Positions 10,695-20,039 of a stretch of DNA of 64,000 bases are shown piece after piece. The notes under the pieces were generated by a model. That model saw nothing but the letters and a program-made list of their open reading frames with translations. It ran no database searches and was not told the DNA's origin. Location of the stretch: the NCBI GenBank assembly GCA_963833985.1, contig CAWIAD010000002.1, forward strand, positions 1,888,001-1,952,000, in the 5' to 3' direction. Origin of the DNA: an uncultured Planctomycetaceae bacterium (GTDB lineage Bacteria > Planctomycetota > Planctomycetia > Isosphaerales > Isosphaeraceae). Position 1 is the first letter of the stretch. The number at the start of each line of letters is the position of its first letter. The translations under genes were made by a program, and so were the position numbers.

Positions 10695-11681
10695 GTGACG
10701 GTGCTGATCCACCCATTATTCCTGTGCGGGCTGTTGCTTCTGGATCCCTCCCCGCGCCGGATCGTCGAGTACCGGACATCGCCCCAGGAATCATCGGTTC
10801 CGGAGCTCTTCCGGCTCAAGGACCAGGCATTCTGGTACGAACTCGAGCCGGCCATGTCGACACCGACGTACAAGGTGTCGCTGCTGCGTTTTCCGTCGCC
10901 CATCACCACGCCGGATGCCGAGAATAACGTCGTCCACGCCGAGTTCTTCGAGCCAATCGGCTTTCCCGGCCGCCGGCCCGCCGTTGTCGTGCTGCATATT
11001 CTGGGTTCTGATTTTCCGCTGTCACGGTACATGGCCGCCAGGCTGGCCGATCGCGGGGTCGCGGCACTTTTCCTGAAGCTGCCGTACTACGGCGAGCGCA
11101 GGCCGAAGGGAGGCCCCGCTCCCGTACCGCGCAAGTTCCTCACGGCCGATATCGAGCGCACGGTGACTGCCATGCGGCAGGGCGTCTGCGACGTGCGCCG
11201 CGCCCTGGGGTGGCTGGCGGTACGTCCCGACCTGGATCCCACGCGCCTGGGAGTGACCGGAATCAGCCTGGGCGGGATTGTCTCGTCAATCGTCGCGGCC
11301 GTGGATCCCGCGGTCACGTCCGGCGTTTTTCTGCTGGCCGGCGGCGACCTCTCTCGCATCCTCTGGGGCATGCCCGAGACGGCCAGGTTCCGCGACGCCT
11401 GGCAGGCGGCCGGCAAGACGGTGTCCGACCTGAAGGTCCTGACAGACCCGTTCGACCCGCTCACTTACGCCCACCGGCTGGCGGGCAAGCACCTGTTGAT
11501 GATCGCCGGCAAGGTGGACGAGGTGATCCCTCCCGCATCGGTCCAGGCGCTCTGGAACGCCGCCGGCCGTCCACCGATCGACTGGTACGACTGCGGCCAC
11601 TATTCGGCGGCTGGCTACCTGCTGCCCGGCATTCGCCGCACCGTCGATTTCCTGTCCGCACCACCCGAGCCGACGCGCTGA
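10695..11681 (+). CDS. Alpha/beta hydrolase
   Basis: GISLGG nucleophile elbow, DEVIP acid, GHY histidine, LPYYGERRP motif. Confidence 0.85.
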   Translation: MTVLIHPLFLCGLLLLDPSPRRIVEYRTSPQESSVPELFRLKDQAFWYELEPAMSTPTYKVSLLRFPSPITTPDAENNVVHAEFFEPIGFPGRRPAVVVLHILGSDFPLSRYMAARLADRGVAALFLKLPYYGERRPKGGPAPVPRKFLTADIERTVTAMRQGVCDVRRALGWLAVRPDLDPTRLGVTGISLGGIVSSIVAAVDPAVTSGVFLLAGGDLSRILWGMPETARFRDAWQAAGKTVSDLKVLTDPFDPLTYAHRLAGKHLLMIAGKVDEVIPPASVQALWNAAGRPPIDWYDCGHYSAAGYLLPGIRRTVDFLSAPPEPTR

Positions 11682-11710
11682 CATTGTGGGCTACAGATCC
11701 TCCGACAACT

Positions 11711-11742
11711 GTAGGGTGTGTCAAGCGCAGTGACGACGCACC
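11711..11742. repeat. GTAG-type REP
   Basis: gtagggtgtgtcaagcgcagtgacgacgcacc: GTAG tetranucleotide plus an imperfect palindrome, related to the REP targeted at 5850. Confidence 0.6.
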
Positions 11743-11939
11743 GAGCCAGCGACAGCGGGTATGGCCTACCCAGCTCTGCTGGCTCGGTGATGATCAGAAA
11801 AACCGGTCCATGCCACAGGATTCACTTGACCGGCGCCGACCCCGGATTTAGCTTCAGCGCTTGTCCCGATGACGCATCTCCTGATCTGGTCTCTGTGACT
11901 CGTCCCCTCGCGGCTCAACATTCAGTGATCACGAGGACC

Positions 11940-12071
11940 GACAACGACGAGAACGACTTGAGCTTCGGCGGCGGCTACACGTTCGCCTGTGATAACGAGA
12001 GCAACACGATCGGCGAGCTCCAGCTCTCGAGGGGCGACGAATGGAGGTTCGGCTCCGACGTCCGCAACCGC
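11940..12071 (+). pseudogene. Possible degraded RHS/YD-repeat fragment
   Basis: Translates as NDLSFGGGYTFACDNESNTIGELQLSRGDEWRFGSDVRNR, resembling RHS repeat spacing (Y-x-YD-x-x-GN ... W-x-Y-x-YD-x-RNR). Confidence 0.4.
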
Positions 12072-12343
12072 AAGCCTATAAAGAGCAGTCGGGAAGAGCT
12101 TGGGAGGCACGAAGCTGGAGCGGGAGAACTCGAATTTGGGTGCGACGGGACGCCCTTACGGCTCCGACGTCTGAAGCGCCCGGACCGCAGGCTGGCTGGC
12201 CTGGAAGATGGTCTCCGACCGCGGGGACGGCAACTCCGAGCCAGGCATCGTCGTCGGAGAACAGTAATGTCTCCTGGTTCCCGATTGAGTAGTTGCCGGC
12301 TTGGTCTACTTGGCACGAGCCGTCTTTCGAGGGAATGACAACC

Positions 12344-12997
12344 ATGAACCCACGAATTCACCGAGTTGAAGAGCGAGACATGGCTGAGCGCTTAGGCCTT
12401 CTCGAGTGCCGGTGCAGGACCTACAGGCTGATTTCATTTGGCTCGCTGGTGGCGTCCCTTCTGCTTTTTGTGATGGGCGCGATCAAGCCTACGACATTCG
12501 ACCGAATCGAGGCCCAGGACATTCTCTTTCGGGATGCGAGCGGGCAAGTTGTGATGGACATTGGTATCGAGCGCAGCAGCAACCGGCCGATGATCCACGT
12601 CCTCAGTAAGGATGGGATGACAACGAACACGCTCACGAGCGAGGGTGTCTACTTATACTCGGGGGTCGGGGATCACAAGGGTAGATTCAAACCCCGCGCT
12701 GAGTATAGGGTGGGGCCGAACGGCCAAGCCGGTCTCACTCTGCGAGACACACGGGGGACAGATAGAGTGGAGATTGGCGTAGAGGAGGCCAAGTCGGCGG
12801 TTATCAAGCTGCTCGACGTGAGCGAGACATGTCGCCTGCACCTTAACGTCCAGGAGGGGGGTATCCCACGACTGTCGCTGTGTGATGGTGGCCAGACGGA
12901 ACGGGCCGTTCTGACTAGCGATGAGAATGGTCGCGCCTCTCTGGGATTTAAGAGCAGCGCGGGCGCCCCAGTGAGCAGGACAGGAGAGACGAAGTAG
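12344..12997 (+). CDS. Hypothetical membrane-anchored protein with beta-strand repeats
   Basis: One TM/signal segment, then repeated L-x-D-x-x-G-x-x-R units. Visibly lower GC than neighbours. Start could be 12335, 12344 or 12380. Confidence 0.7.
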   Translation: MNPRIHRVEERDMAERLGLLECRCRTYRLISFGSLVASLLLFVMGAIKPTTFDRIEAQDILFRDASGQVVMDIGIERSSNRPMIHVLSKDGMTTNTLTSEGVYLYSGVGDHKGRFKPRAEYRVGPNGQAGLTLRDTRGTDRVEIGVEEAKSAVIKLLDVSETCRLHLNVQEGGIPRLSLCDGGQTERAVLTSDENGRASLGFKSSAGAPVSRTGETK

Positions 12998-13079
12998 GAC
13001 GAAGTTTGAAGGGGACATTCTTCTGAAAGGCGACAAGGTGTCAGGGCCCGCAAAAGGGGCCCGCAAAGGGGACATTGCT

Positions 13080-14559
13080 GAATGCCGCGAAGTTAATTTT
13101 AACTAATTGTGCCATTTGATCTTGCGCCATGGGTGAGGCTCCGGGCATCCTGTGGGAAGTACCAGGACCCACAGTTGCTGGAGGGAGCCCCACCCATGCC
13201 GCCTCGCATCATCCCTATTCTCGATCGACTGCGCCAAGATATCGCCGCGGGATTGTCCCGGGAGACGATCGAAGAAGCCTGCCGCCAGGCGAAACACCGC
13301 TGGCGGAATCGCGTTCTCGACCCCGCGACGACCATTTATCTGTTCCTTCTCCAGGTCCTTCATGGCAACACGGCCTGTCGCCACGTGGTGCACTTCGGCG
13401 CTTGGACCTTCACCGACAGCGCCTACTGCATGGCGCGAAAGCGGCTTCCGCTGGCCGTCTTCGACTGGCTCGTGGAGCGGACCGCTGCCGCCGTGCGGAC
13501 TGCTTCGGATGGCGCGCGGTGGCTCGGGCACCGAATCTGGGTCGTCGACAGCTCCAGCTTCTCCATGCCGGACCAACCAGAACTGCAACGTCACTTCGGC
13601 CAACCCAGCGGTCAACGCAAGGGCTGTGGCTTCCCGGTGGCGAAATGGCTGGCCCTCTTCGATGTCGCCACGGGCATGCTGCTGCGTTCGAGGACGGCCC
13701 CTTTGCGGACCCACGACATGTCCCAGGTCGGCCCGATCTCCGACGGCCTGGAGCCGGGAGACATCGTGCTCGGTGACCGCGGATTTTGCTCGTATGCTCA
13801 TCTGGCAATGTTACTGCAACGCGGTCTGCATGCGGTTTTCCGCGTGCACCAGCAGCAGATCGTCGATTTCACGCCGGGTCGTCCGATGGCCAGGAGGAAG
13901 GGTCCGTACCCCAGGCCGCAGGGTCTGCCGAGTTCGCGGTGGGTGTTGGCGCAGGGAACCGCAGATCAGATTGTCACATGGTTTAAATCGAAATCCCATC
14001 CGAAGTGGATGTCGGCGGATGAGTTCGAGGTGCTGCCCTCCGAGATCACCGTGCACGGGCTGAGGTACCGGGTCGAGACACCCGGGTATCGGGTGCGCGA
14101 AATCACGCTGGTCACGACTCTGTTAGACGCATCGACCTACCCGGCGACAGAGCTGGCCGAACTCTACTACAAGAGGTGGAGAGTCGAACTCAATTTTCGT
14201 CATATAAAGATTAGCATGAAGATGGATGTTCTGCGTTGCGAGACAGTCGAAGGGGTTCTCAAAGAGCTGGCGATTTTCAGCCTGGCGTATAACCTGGTAA
14301 GATCGGTCATGCTGGAGTCGGCACGCATGCGCGGCGTTGATCCAGATCGGATCGGCTTGATCGACGCGGTGCGCTGGCTGATCGGGTCCGAAGGGGGTTC
14401 TGAGCCCGCGCGGATCGTCATCAACCCATTGCGCCGCGGACGCGTCGAGCCCCGAGTCGTAAAGCGACGACCAAAACAATACATGCGGATGACTAGGCCC
14501 AGATCCGAACTCCGCAAACAGTTGCCAATGAAGCACTTCTGACTAACTTTGTGGCATTC
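13080..14559 (+). mobile_element. Second IS4-family insertion sequence inserted in a REP-like palindrome
   Basis: Imperfect TIRs gaatgccgcgaagtta / taactttgtggcattc. Flanks aaaggggacattgct and agcaacgtccccttt are themselves inverted repeats. Confidence 0.85.
13196..14542 (+). CDS. IS4-family DDE transposase
   Basis: VVDSSSFSMPD, LGDRGF and YYKRWRVELNFRHIK (YREK) motifs; basic C-terminus EPRVVKRRPK. Confidence 0.92.
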   Translation: MPPRIIPILDRLRQDIAAGLSRETIEEACRQAKHRWRNRVLDPATTIYLFLLQVLHGNTACRHVVHFGAWTFTDSAYCMARKRLPLAVFDWLVERTAAAVRTASDGARWLGHRIWVVDSSSFSMPDQPELQRHFGQPSGQRKGCGFPVAKWLALFDVATGMLLRSRTAPLRTHDMSQVGPISDGLEPGDIVLGDRGFCSYAHLAMLLQRGLHAVFRVHQQQIVDFTPGRPMARRKGPYPRPQGLPSSRWVLAQGTADQIVTWFKSKSHPKWMSADEFEVLPSEITVHGLRYRVETPGYRVREITLVTTLLDASTYPATELAELYYKRWRVELNFRHIKISMKMDVLRCETVEGVLKELAIFSLAYNLVRSVMLESARMRGVDPDRIGLIDAVRWLIGSEGGSEPARIVINPLRRGRVEPRVVKRRPKQYMRMTRPRSELRKQLPMKHF

Positions 14560-14642
14560 AGCAACGTCCCCTTTGGGCTCCCCCTTTGGGCTCCCTGCCG
14601 GAGAAAAGCAACGTCCCCTTTGGGCTCCTCCTTTGGGCTCCT
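14560..14642. repeat. Cluster of short REP-derived direct repeats
   Basis: agcaacgtcccctttgggctcc twice and cctttgggctcc four times. The left flank has tandem gggcccgcaaa(a)gg at 13044-13070. Confidence 0.65.
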
Positions 14643-14741
14643 GTCAGGAACATAAGACAAGCCGAATGAGCGGCCATCGTGAGCCGAATCGATTCCCGAC
14701 GGATCCGCTCTCGCCGCAGCAATGAGAGGTCCAGGGAAAGG

Positions 14742-15176
14742 ATGGCAAATCTCCTGGTCGCCGAATGCGGGGAGATTCACAAGAGACTGTTGAGCCATTT
14801 TTTGGCTCGTGCCGGGCAGACGGTCTCAACTGCATCAAGCGATGAAGAAGCAACGGCGAAACTTCGAGAGAACTGCTTCGACCTGATCACCATCAACCCC
14901 ATGCGCTCCGATCGCAATGGCCTCGAGCTTTGCAAGACTGTGAGATCGAGCAGCCTGACTGACTCGATCCCTGTCATTTTCCTGAAATCCCTATCCGATG
15001 ATAAGTCGCGTGAAAGGGAATTCAGGTCCGGGTGCAATGCTTTGATCACCATGCCTTATGAAATGGCGAGCTTACTCGAGGCGATCGAGGTAGCACTTCA
15101 GGGGACGATCACGAGAGAGTGCAGTGATCCGAGTGGAGGCGATAAGGTGCCCGGAACCGATAGCCACGACATATGA
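14742..15176 (+). CDS. Single-domain response regulator receiver, atypical or degenerate
   Basis: CheY-like pattern (DLITIN, NGLELC, IPVIFL), but the acceptor Asp, acidic pocket and conserved Lys are substituted. Confidence 0.7.
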   Translation: MANLLVAECGEIHKRLLSHFLARAGQTVSTASSDEEATAKLRENCFDLITINPMRSDRNGLELCKTVRSSSLTDSIPVIFLKSLSDDKSREREFRSGCNALITMPYEMASLLEAIEVALQGTITRECSDPSGGDKVPGTDSHDI

Positions 15177-15424
15177 ATTATAACGTGTCAGTTTAACGGA
15201 TCCTGACACCTTTGTTCTTCCTCTGCGCTCAAGGACGCATCCGGCCACCGGTGCAAGCTCATGGCCAGGGCACGGCCGTGAACCTCTCGCCCCATCGACT
15301 TTCTTTTGCCATCTCGGGTCGATTATCATCACACAACCCCCTGACTGGCATGTCCTGAAACAGCGCCGGGCCGGCCGTCGCTGCACATCGCCACGCACGC
15401 CGTCGGGGGCCGGGAGCCGAGCCG

Positions 15425-18400
15425 ATGCCACGACGCGACGACGCCCCCCGCGACCTGCTCCTCGGGCTGCTGGCGATCCGGCACGGGATGATCAGCCGTG
15501 CCCAGTTCGCCGCCACGTTCGCCGCCTGGGCCGGGGCCGACGATGAGGGCCGCACGATGGCCGACCTGCTCGTCGAGCAAGGGGCGTTCGACCCGACCCG
15601 CCGCGCCTCGCTCGACGACCTGGCCGCCACGCTTCTCGCCTCCCACGACGGCGATCCCGCGGAGGCGCTCGCCGCGCTTGGCCTCCGCCCCGCCCTCGCG
15701 GGTGAGGCGACTCAGATCGAGAGTACCGGGGCGACCGCAGCGCATCTGTTATCGTCCGGCACGCAGCTCTTATCCGCCAGGGCCGGGACGGACCAGGGCC
15801 CAAAACCCGCCGGCGACACCACGACGGCCGGCGCCGCCAGGCCCACGACGCCCACGCGCGAGTCGGAGCTCTCCGTCACCCAGGGCGCGGCGCCCTCCGA
15901 CGGCGACGGGTTGGCCTGCGGAGCGGCCGTCCGCTACTTCGGTGATTACGAGATCCGCCGCGAGCTGGGGCGGGGCGGGATGGGGGTCGTTTATGAGGCC
16001 CGGCAGGTCAGCCTGAACCGGCCGGTGGCCCTCAAGATGGTCAGGGCCGGGCTGCTTGCCGGCGGCGAGGAGCTGCGCCGCTTCCGCAACGAGGCCGAGT
16101 CGGTCGCGCTGCTCGACCACCCTGGCATCGTCCCGGTGTACGAGGTCGGCGAGCACGAGGGCCAGCACTTCTTTAGCATGAAGCTGGTCCCCGGCGGCAG
16201 CCTCGTGCCGCTCCTGGCCCAGTACAGGGACGACCCCCGGGCCGCCGCGCGGCTCGTGGCCGAGGCGGCCGAGGCCGTGGCCCATGCCCACGCGCGCGGC
16301 ATCCTGCACCGCGATCTGAAGCCGGCGAACGTCCTGGTCGACGATTCGGGCCGCCCGCACGTCACCGACTTTGGCCTCGCCAAGAAGGTCGAGGCCGATG
16401 TCGAGTTCACCGCCAGCGGCGCCATTCTCGGCACCCCGGCGTACATGGCGCCCGAGCAGGCGACCGGCCGGCGTGGGGCCGTCACCACGGTCACCGACGT
16501 CTACGGGCTGGGCTCGGTCCTCTACGCCCTCATGACCGGCAAGGCGCCATTCGGCGGCGACAGCGTCGTCGAGACGCTGCAGGCGGTAAAGGAGCAGCCG
16601 CCCGAGCCGCCCCAGCGGTCCAACCCGAAGGCACCGCGCGACCTGGAGACGATCTGCCTGAAGTGCCTGGAGAAGGACACGCGCCGGCGGTACCCGACGG
16701 CCCAGGCGCTGGCCGACGACCTGAACCGCTGGCTCGACGGCCGGCCGATCGCCGCCCGGCCCGTCGGCGCGGCGGAGCGGGCCTGGCTCTGGTGCAAGCG
16801 CAAGCCCGCCGTCGCGGCGCTGGCCGCGTCGGTGGTGCTGGCGGTCGTCGGCGGCACGGCCGCGACAATCGCGGTGCAGGCCGCCGCCAACCAACGGCTC
16901 GACCGCAAGAACGTCGAGCTGACCGCCGCCTACGCCGACCTCTCCGCCGAGAAGCTGCGCGTCCAGCAGCGGTTCGAGCTGGCCCAGGACGCGATCCGGA
17001 CGTATTACACGGGCGTCAGCGAGGACGTCCTGCTCAAGGAGCCCACCCTGAAGGACCTCCGCACCCGGCTCCTGAAGGGGGCGCGCGACTTCTACCGGAA
17101 GCTGGAAGCGCTGCTGGAGGTCCGGCCCGACCGCACGTCGCGGCTCGCCCTGGCGCGGGCCCTGGGCGACCTCACCGAGATCACCTACGCGATCGACCAG
17201 GCCGAGCCGGCCGTGGCGCTGAACCGCCGCTCTCTGGCCCTGTTCGACGCCCTGGCCCGGGAGACCCCCGACGACGGCCTCGTCCGCCGCGAGCGGGCCA
17301 GGGCCGCGTTACGGCTCGCCGGCCTGGTGAGCATGGGGTCCGGCGGCCTGGCCGAAGCCGTCCGCCTCTACGACGACGCACACCAGGCGCTCGAGGCTCA
17401 GCTCCGGGTCGACCCTTCCGACGCCGAGGCGAGGCAACTGCTGGCGACCGTGGAGGACTTTTTGGCGCCCTGCTCTCCCGGAAGGTGCCCGGCCGACAGG
17501 CGGAGGCGGTGCGGTACGCCGAGCACGCCGTCCGGTTGCAGGAGCAGCTCGTCCGCGAGAAGCCCGGCGACATCGCCCGCCAGGTCGCCCTGGTCCGGTT
17601 CACCGGCGGGTGGGCGGGCATGCTCGGGCGGCTCGGGCGGATCGACGACGCGGCGGCGCTGTACGCGAAGGCGTGCGCGTCGGCCGAGGCGCTGGCGAGG
17701 CTCGACCCGACGACCGAGTCGACCGGGCAGTGGGTCGTCCGCGTCTTCGGCAACGCGGCGGTCGCCCACCAGCCGCTCCGTCGTTTCGAGGACGCGGCGC
17801 GGCTGTCGGGCCGGGCGCACGAATTCACTCTCTCTTACGCCAGGGCGAACCCCAACTCCCTGAGCTGCCGCCGCAACCGGGCCTGGATCGAGGCCCTGCA
17901 CGCCCTGCACCTGTTCTTCCTGGGGCGCGACGCCGAGGCGCTGCGGTTCGTCGGGTCCGCCCGGGAGGCCCGGCTGGCGCTGCTCCGCGACAACCCCGGC
18001 GACCGTGTGCACCTGGAGCGGCTGATCGAGCTGGACCAGTACGAATGGGGGATCCGCGCCGCGCCGGCCTCCCCGACGAGGCCGGCGCCGCGCGGCGCCG
18101 GGCGTTCGAGCGGTTCTCCGAGCTGCGCCACGCGAACCCGGGCGACCCCGACATCCCCGCCAGGTTCGCGGGCATGCAGAACGCCCTGGCGAACGTGCTC
18201 CGGGAGTCGGGCCACCTGGAGGAGGCCCGGAAGCGGCTCCGCGACTCGGTCGCAATCCTCGAGCGCCTCGTCCAGGACTTCCCGGCCGTGCCCTCCTACC
18301 GCGACAACCTGGCGTGGACCTTCAGCCAGCTCGCCTCGGTCGCCCGCGACCAGGGCGGCGGCCGAGAGGCGGTTCGCCTGGCCCGGCGCTCCGTGCAGCT

Positions 18401-18671
18401 TTACGAAGGGCTGCCGGACGCGCTCGAGTGGGTCTGGTTCGGGAGGGCCCGCGCCCACGCCCTGCTGGCCGAGCTCGACCCGGCCGCCTCGCCCGGGGAG
18501 ACCGGCCTGGCCCTCGACGCCCTCCGCCGCGCTGCGGCGAACGCACCCTCCACACTGCTCTCCGAGCTGCACATGGACTCCGGCTTCCGCAGCCTGCGCG
18601 ACCACCCGGAGTTCCGGCTCGTCCTGATGGACCTGGCCATGCCGGCCAATCCGTTCGCAGCGGAACGATGA
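15425..18671 (+). CDS. Ser/Thr protein kinase with TM helix and TPR-like C-terminus; frameshifts near 17460 and 18055
   Basis: GRGGMG, VALK, HRDLKPAN, DFG and GTPAYMAPE motifs; planctomycete-type C-terminus MDLAMPANPF. Confidence 0.88.
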
Positions 18672-18872
18672 CTTGCCCGATACGAGAGTGATCGCGAGCG
18701 CGCGTGCATCCTGGAAGGGCGATCAGGTGTCAGGTGAAGGCGATCAGATGTCGGGAACTGATATATCTCATGTATAAACATGATTAGTTTATCGGTTTCT
18801 GACACCTGTGTCCCCCTCGCCCACGATGCGATGGGTTGACGGCGAGATCGGCTGGTGGCTCACACAAGCTCT

Positions 18873-19982
18873 TCAGAAGCCGACGACAGGATCTCCGGAG
18901 GCCTTGCGACTTGAGGGCATATCGGCGCGGGGCCGCTCGGACTGGGATTGCCGCGTGGGGCCTGAGCCGGCGGCGGGATGAGCGCGGTCCGGGCGGCTGG
19001 AACGCGTGCCGGGCGATGCCGCCAGGAGCGCCGGGGGTGCCGGCTGAGTGGCCATCGCAATGGCGTCGATCGTCTCGGCACCAAGGCGGTCGAGCGCTCC
19101 GCTGAGCCGCTCGATCCGGATGGCCAGCGAGTCATAGGCCACCAGCGCGAGGATCGCAGTGGTGAGGCCGGTGATCACGGGCGTGAGGGCACTGGCCAGG
19201 ATGGGGGCCAGAATCACCGCGCTCGGTCCGCCGCCTCTGCTCCCGGAGCTGGCAGCCAGCCCGTGAGCGATGGCGAGCAGCGTCCCTACCGCGCCGAGCA
19301 GCGGTGCCAGCCGGGCGATCCGCCGCAGCGTTCCCACGTTCCGCCGCAACAGCTCGGCTTCCGTGCGATGCGTGAGCGCGACCGCCCGCTCCAGATCGAC
19401 GGCCGGCCGGCCCCAGCGCCTGACCGCGGCCAGGGCGACGCGGGCCGCCGGGCTCGGGTTCATCTCGCAGTAGTCGAGCGCCTTGCCGCCGTCGAGCTTG
19501 CCCTCGTACAAGCGATCGAGGAACCGAGGAGTGAAATCGGCAGGGACGATCTTCCGCGGCCGGAGCTTCAGGGTCCGCTCGCCGAGCACGCTCAGGCCCA
19601 GGAAAGCGCAGGCGAGCAGTCCGCCCCACGACATTCGCTCCGTGGCCGGCGTCTCGCGGTACCACTTCAGCGCCGAGCTGGCCAGCCGCGCGGCCCACAT
19701 CTCCACGGCCCGGAGGTCCGCATTCGAAGCCGCCGGAGGCTGTGCCGCGTCCTGCGTTCCCCGGGCCATGGGTGCAGGCTCCTGGTCCGCGGGCGACGGC
19801 GCAGCGGGCGGAATCGGCGGCGTGTCGTTCCGCGCAGGGGGCTGGATCAGCGGTGTGTCGTTCCGCACATCGGGTTCCTGCCCCAGCAGCGGGATTGCGG
19901 GCAGCAAGATGAGGATGATCGCCGGGAGCCACCGGGCCAGTCCTCGGACCGGCGTAGGACCTGCGTTCGAGTCTCGTCGCAT
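18873..19982 (-). CDS. MotA/TolQ/ExbB proton channel family protein
   Basis: LRRIARLAPLLGAVGT and ALTPVITGLTTAILA TM motifs, with an N-terminal signal and Pro-rich extension. Confidence 0.85.
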   Translation of the reverse strand: MRRDSNAGPTPVRGLARWLPAIILILLPAIPLLGQEPDVRNDTPLIQPPARNDTPPIPPAAPSPADQEPAPMARGTQDAAQPPAASNADLRAVEMWAARLASSALKWYRETPATERMSWGGLLACAFLGLSVLGERTLKLRPRKIVPADFTPRFLDRLYEGKLDGGKALDYCEMNPSPAARVALAAVRRWGRPAVDLERAVALTHRTEAELLRRNVGTLRRIARLAPLLGAVGTLLAIAHGLAASSGSRGGGPSAVILAPILASALTPVITGLTTAILALVAYDSLAIRIERLSGALDRLGAETIDAIAMATQPAPPALLAASPGTRSSRPDRAHPAAGSGPTRQSQSERPRADMPSSRKASGDPVVGF

Positions 19983-20039
19983 CGGCGGGATCCCTCCCAG
20001 AAAAGGACGCTTGCTTGCCGTGAGTTCTGTTCGCGAACC

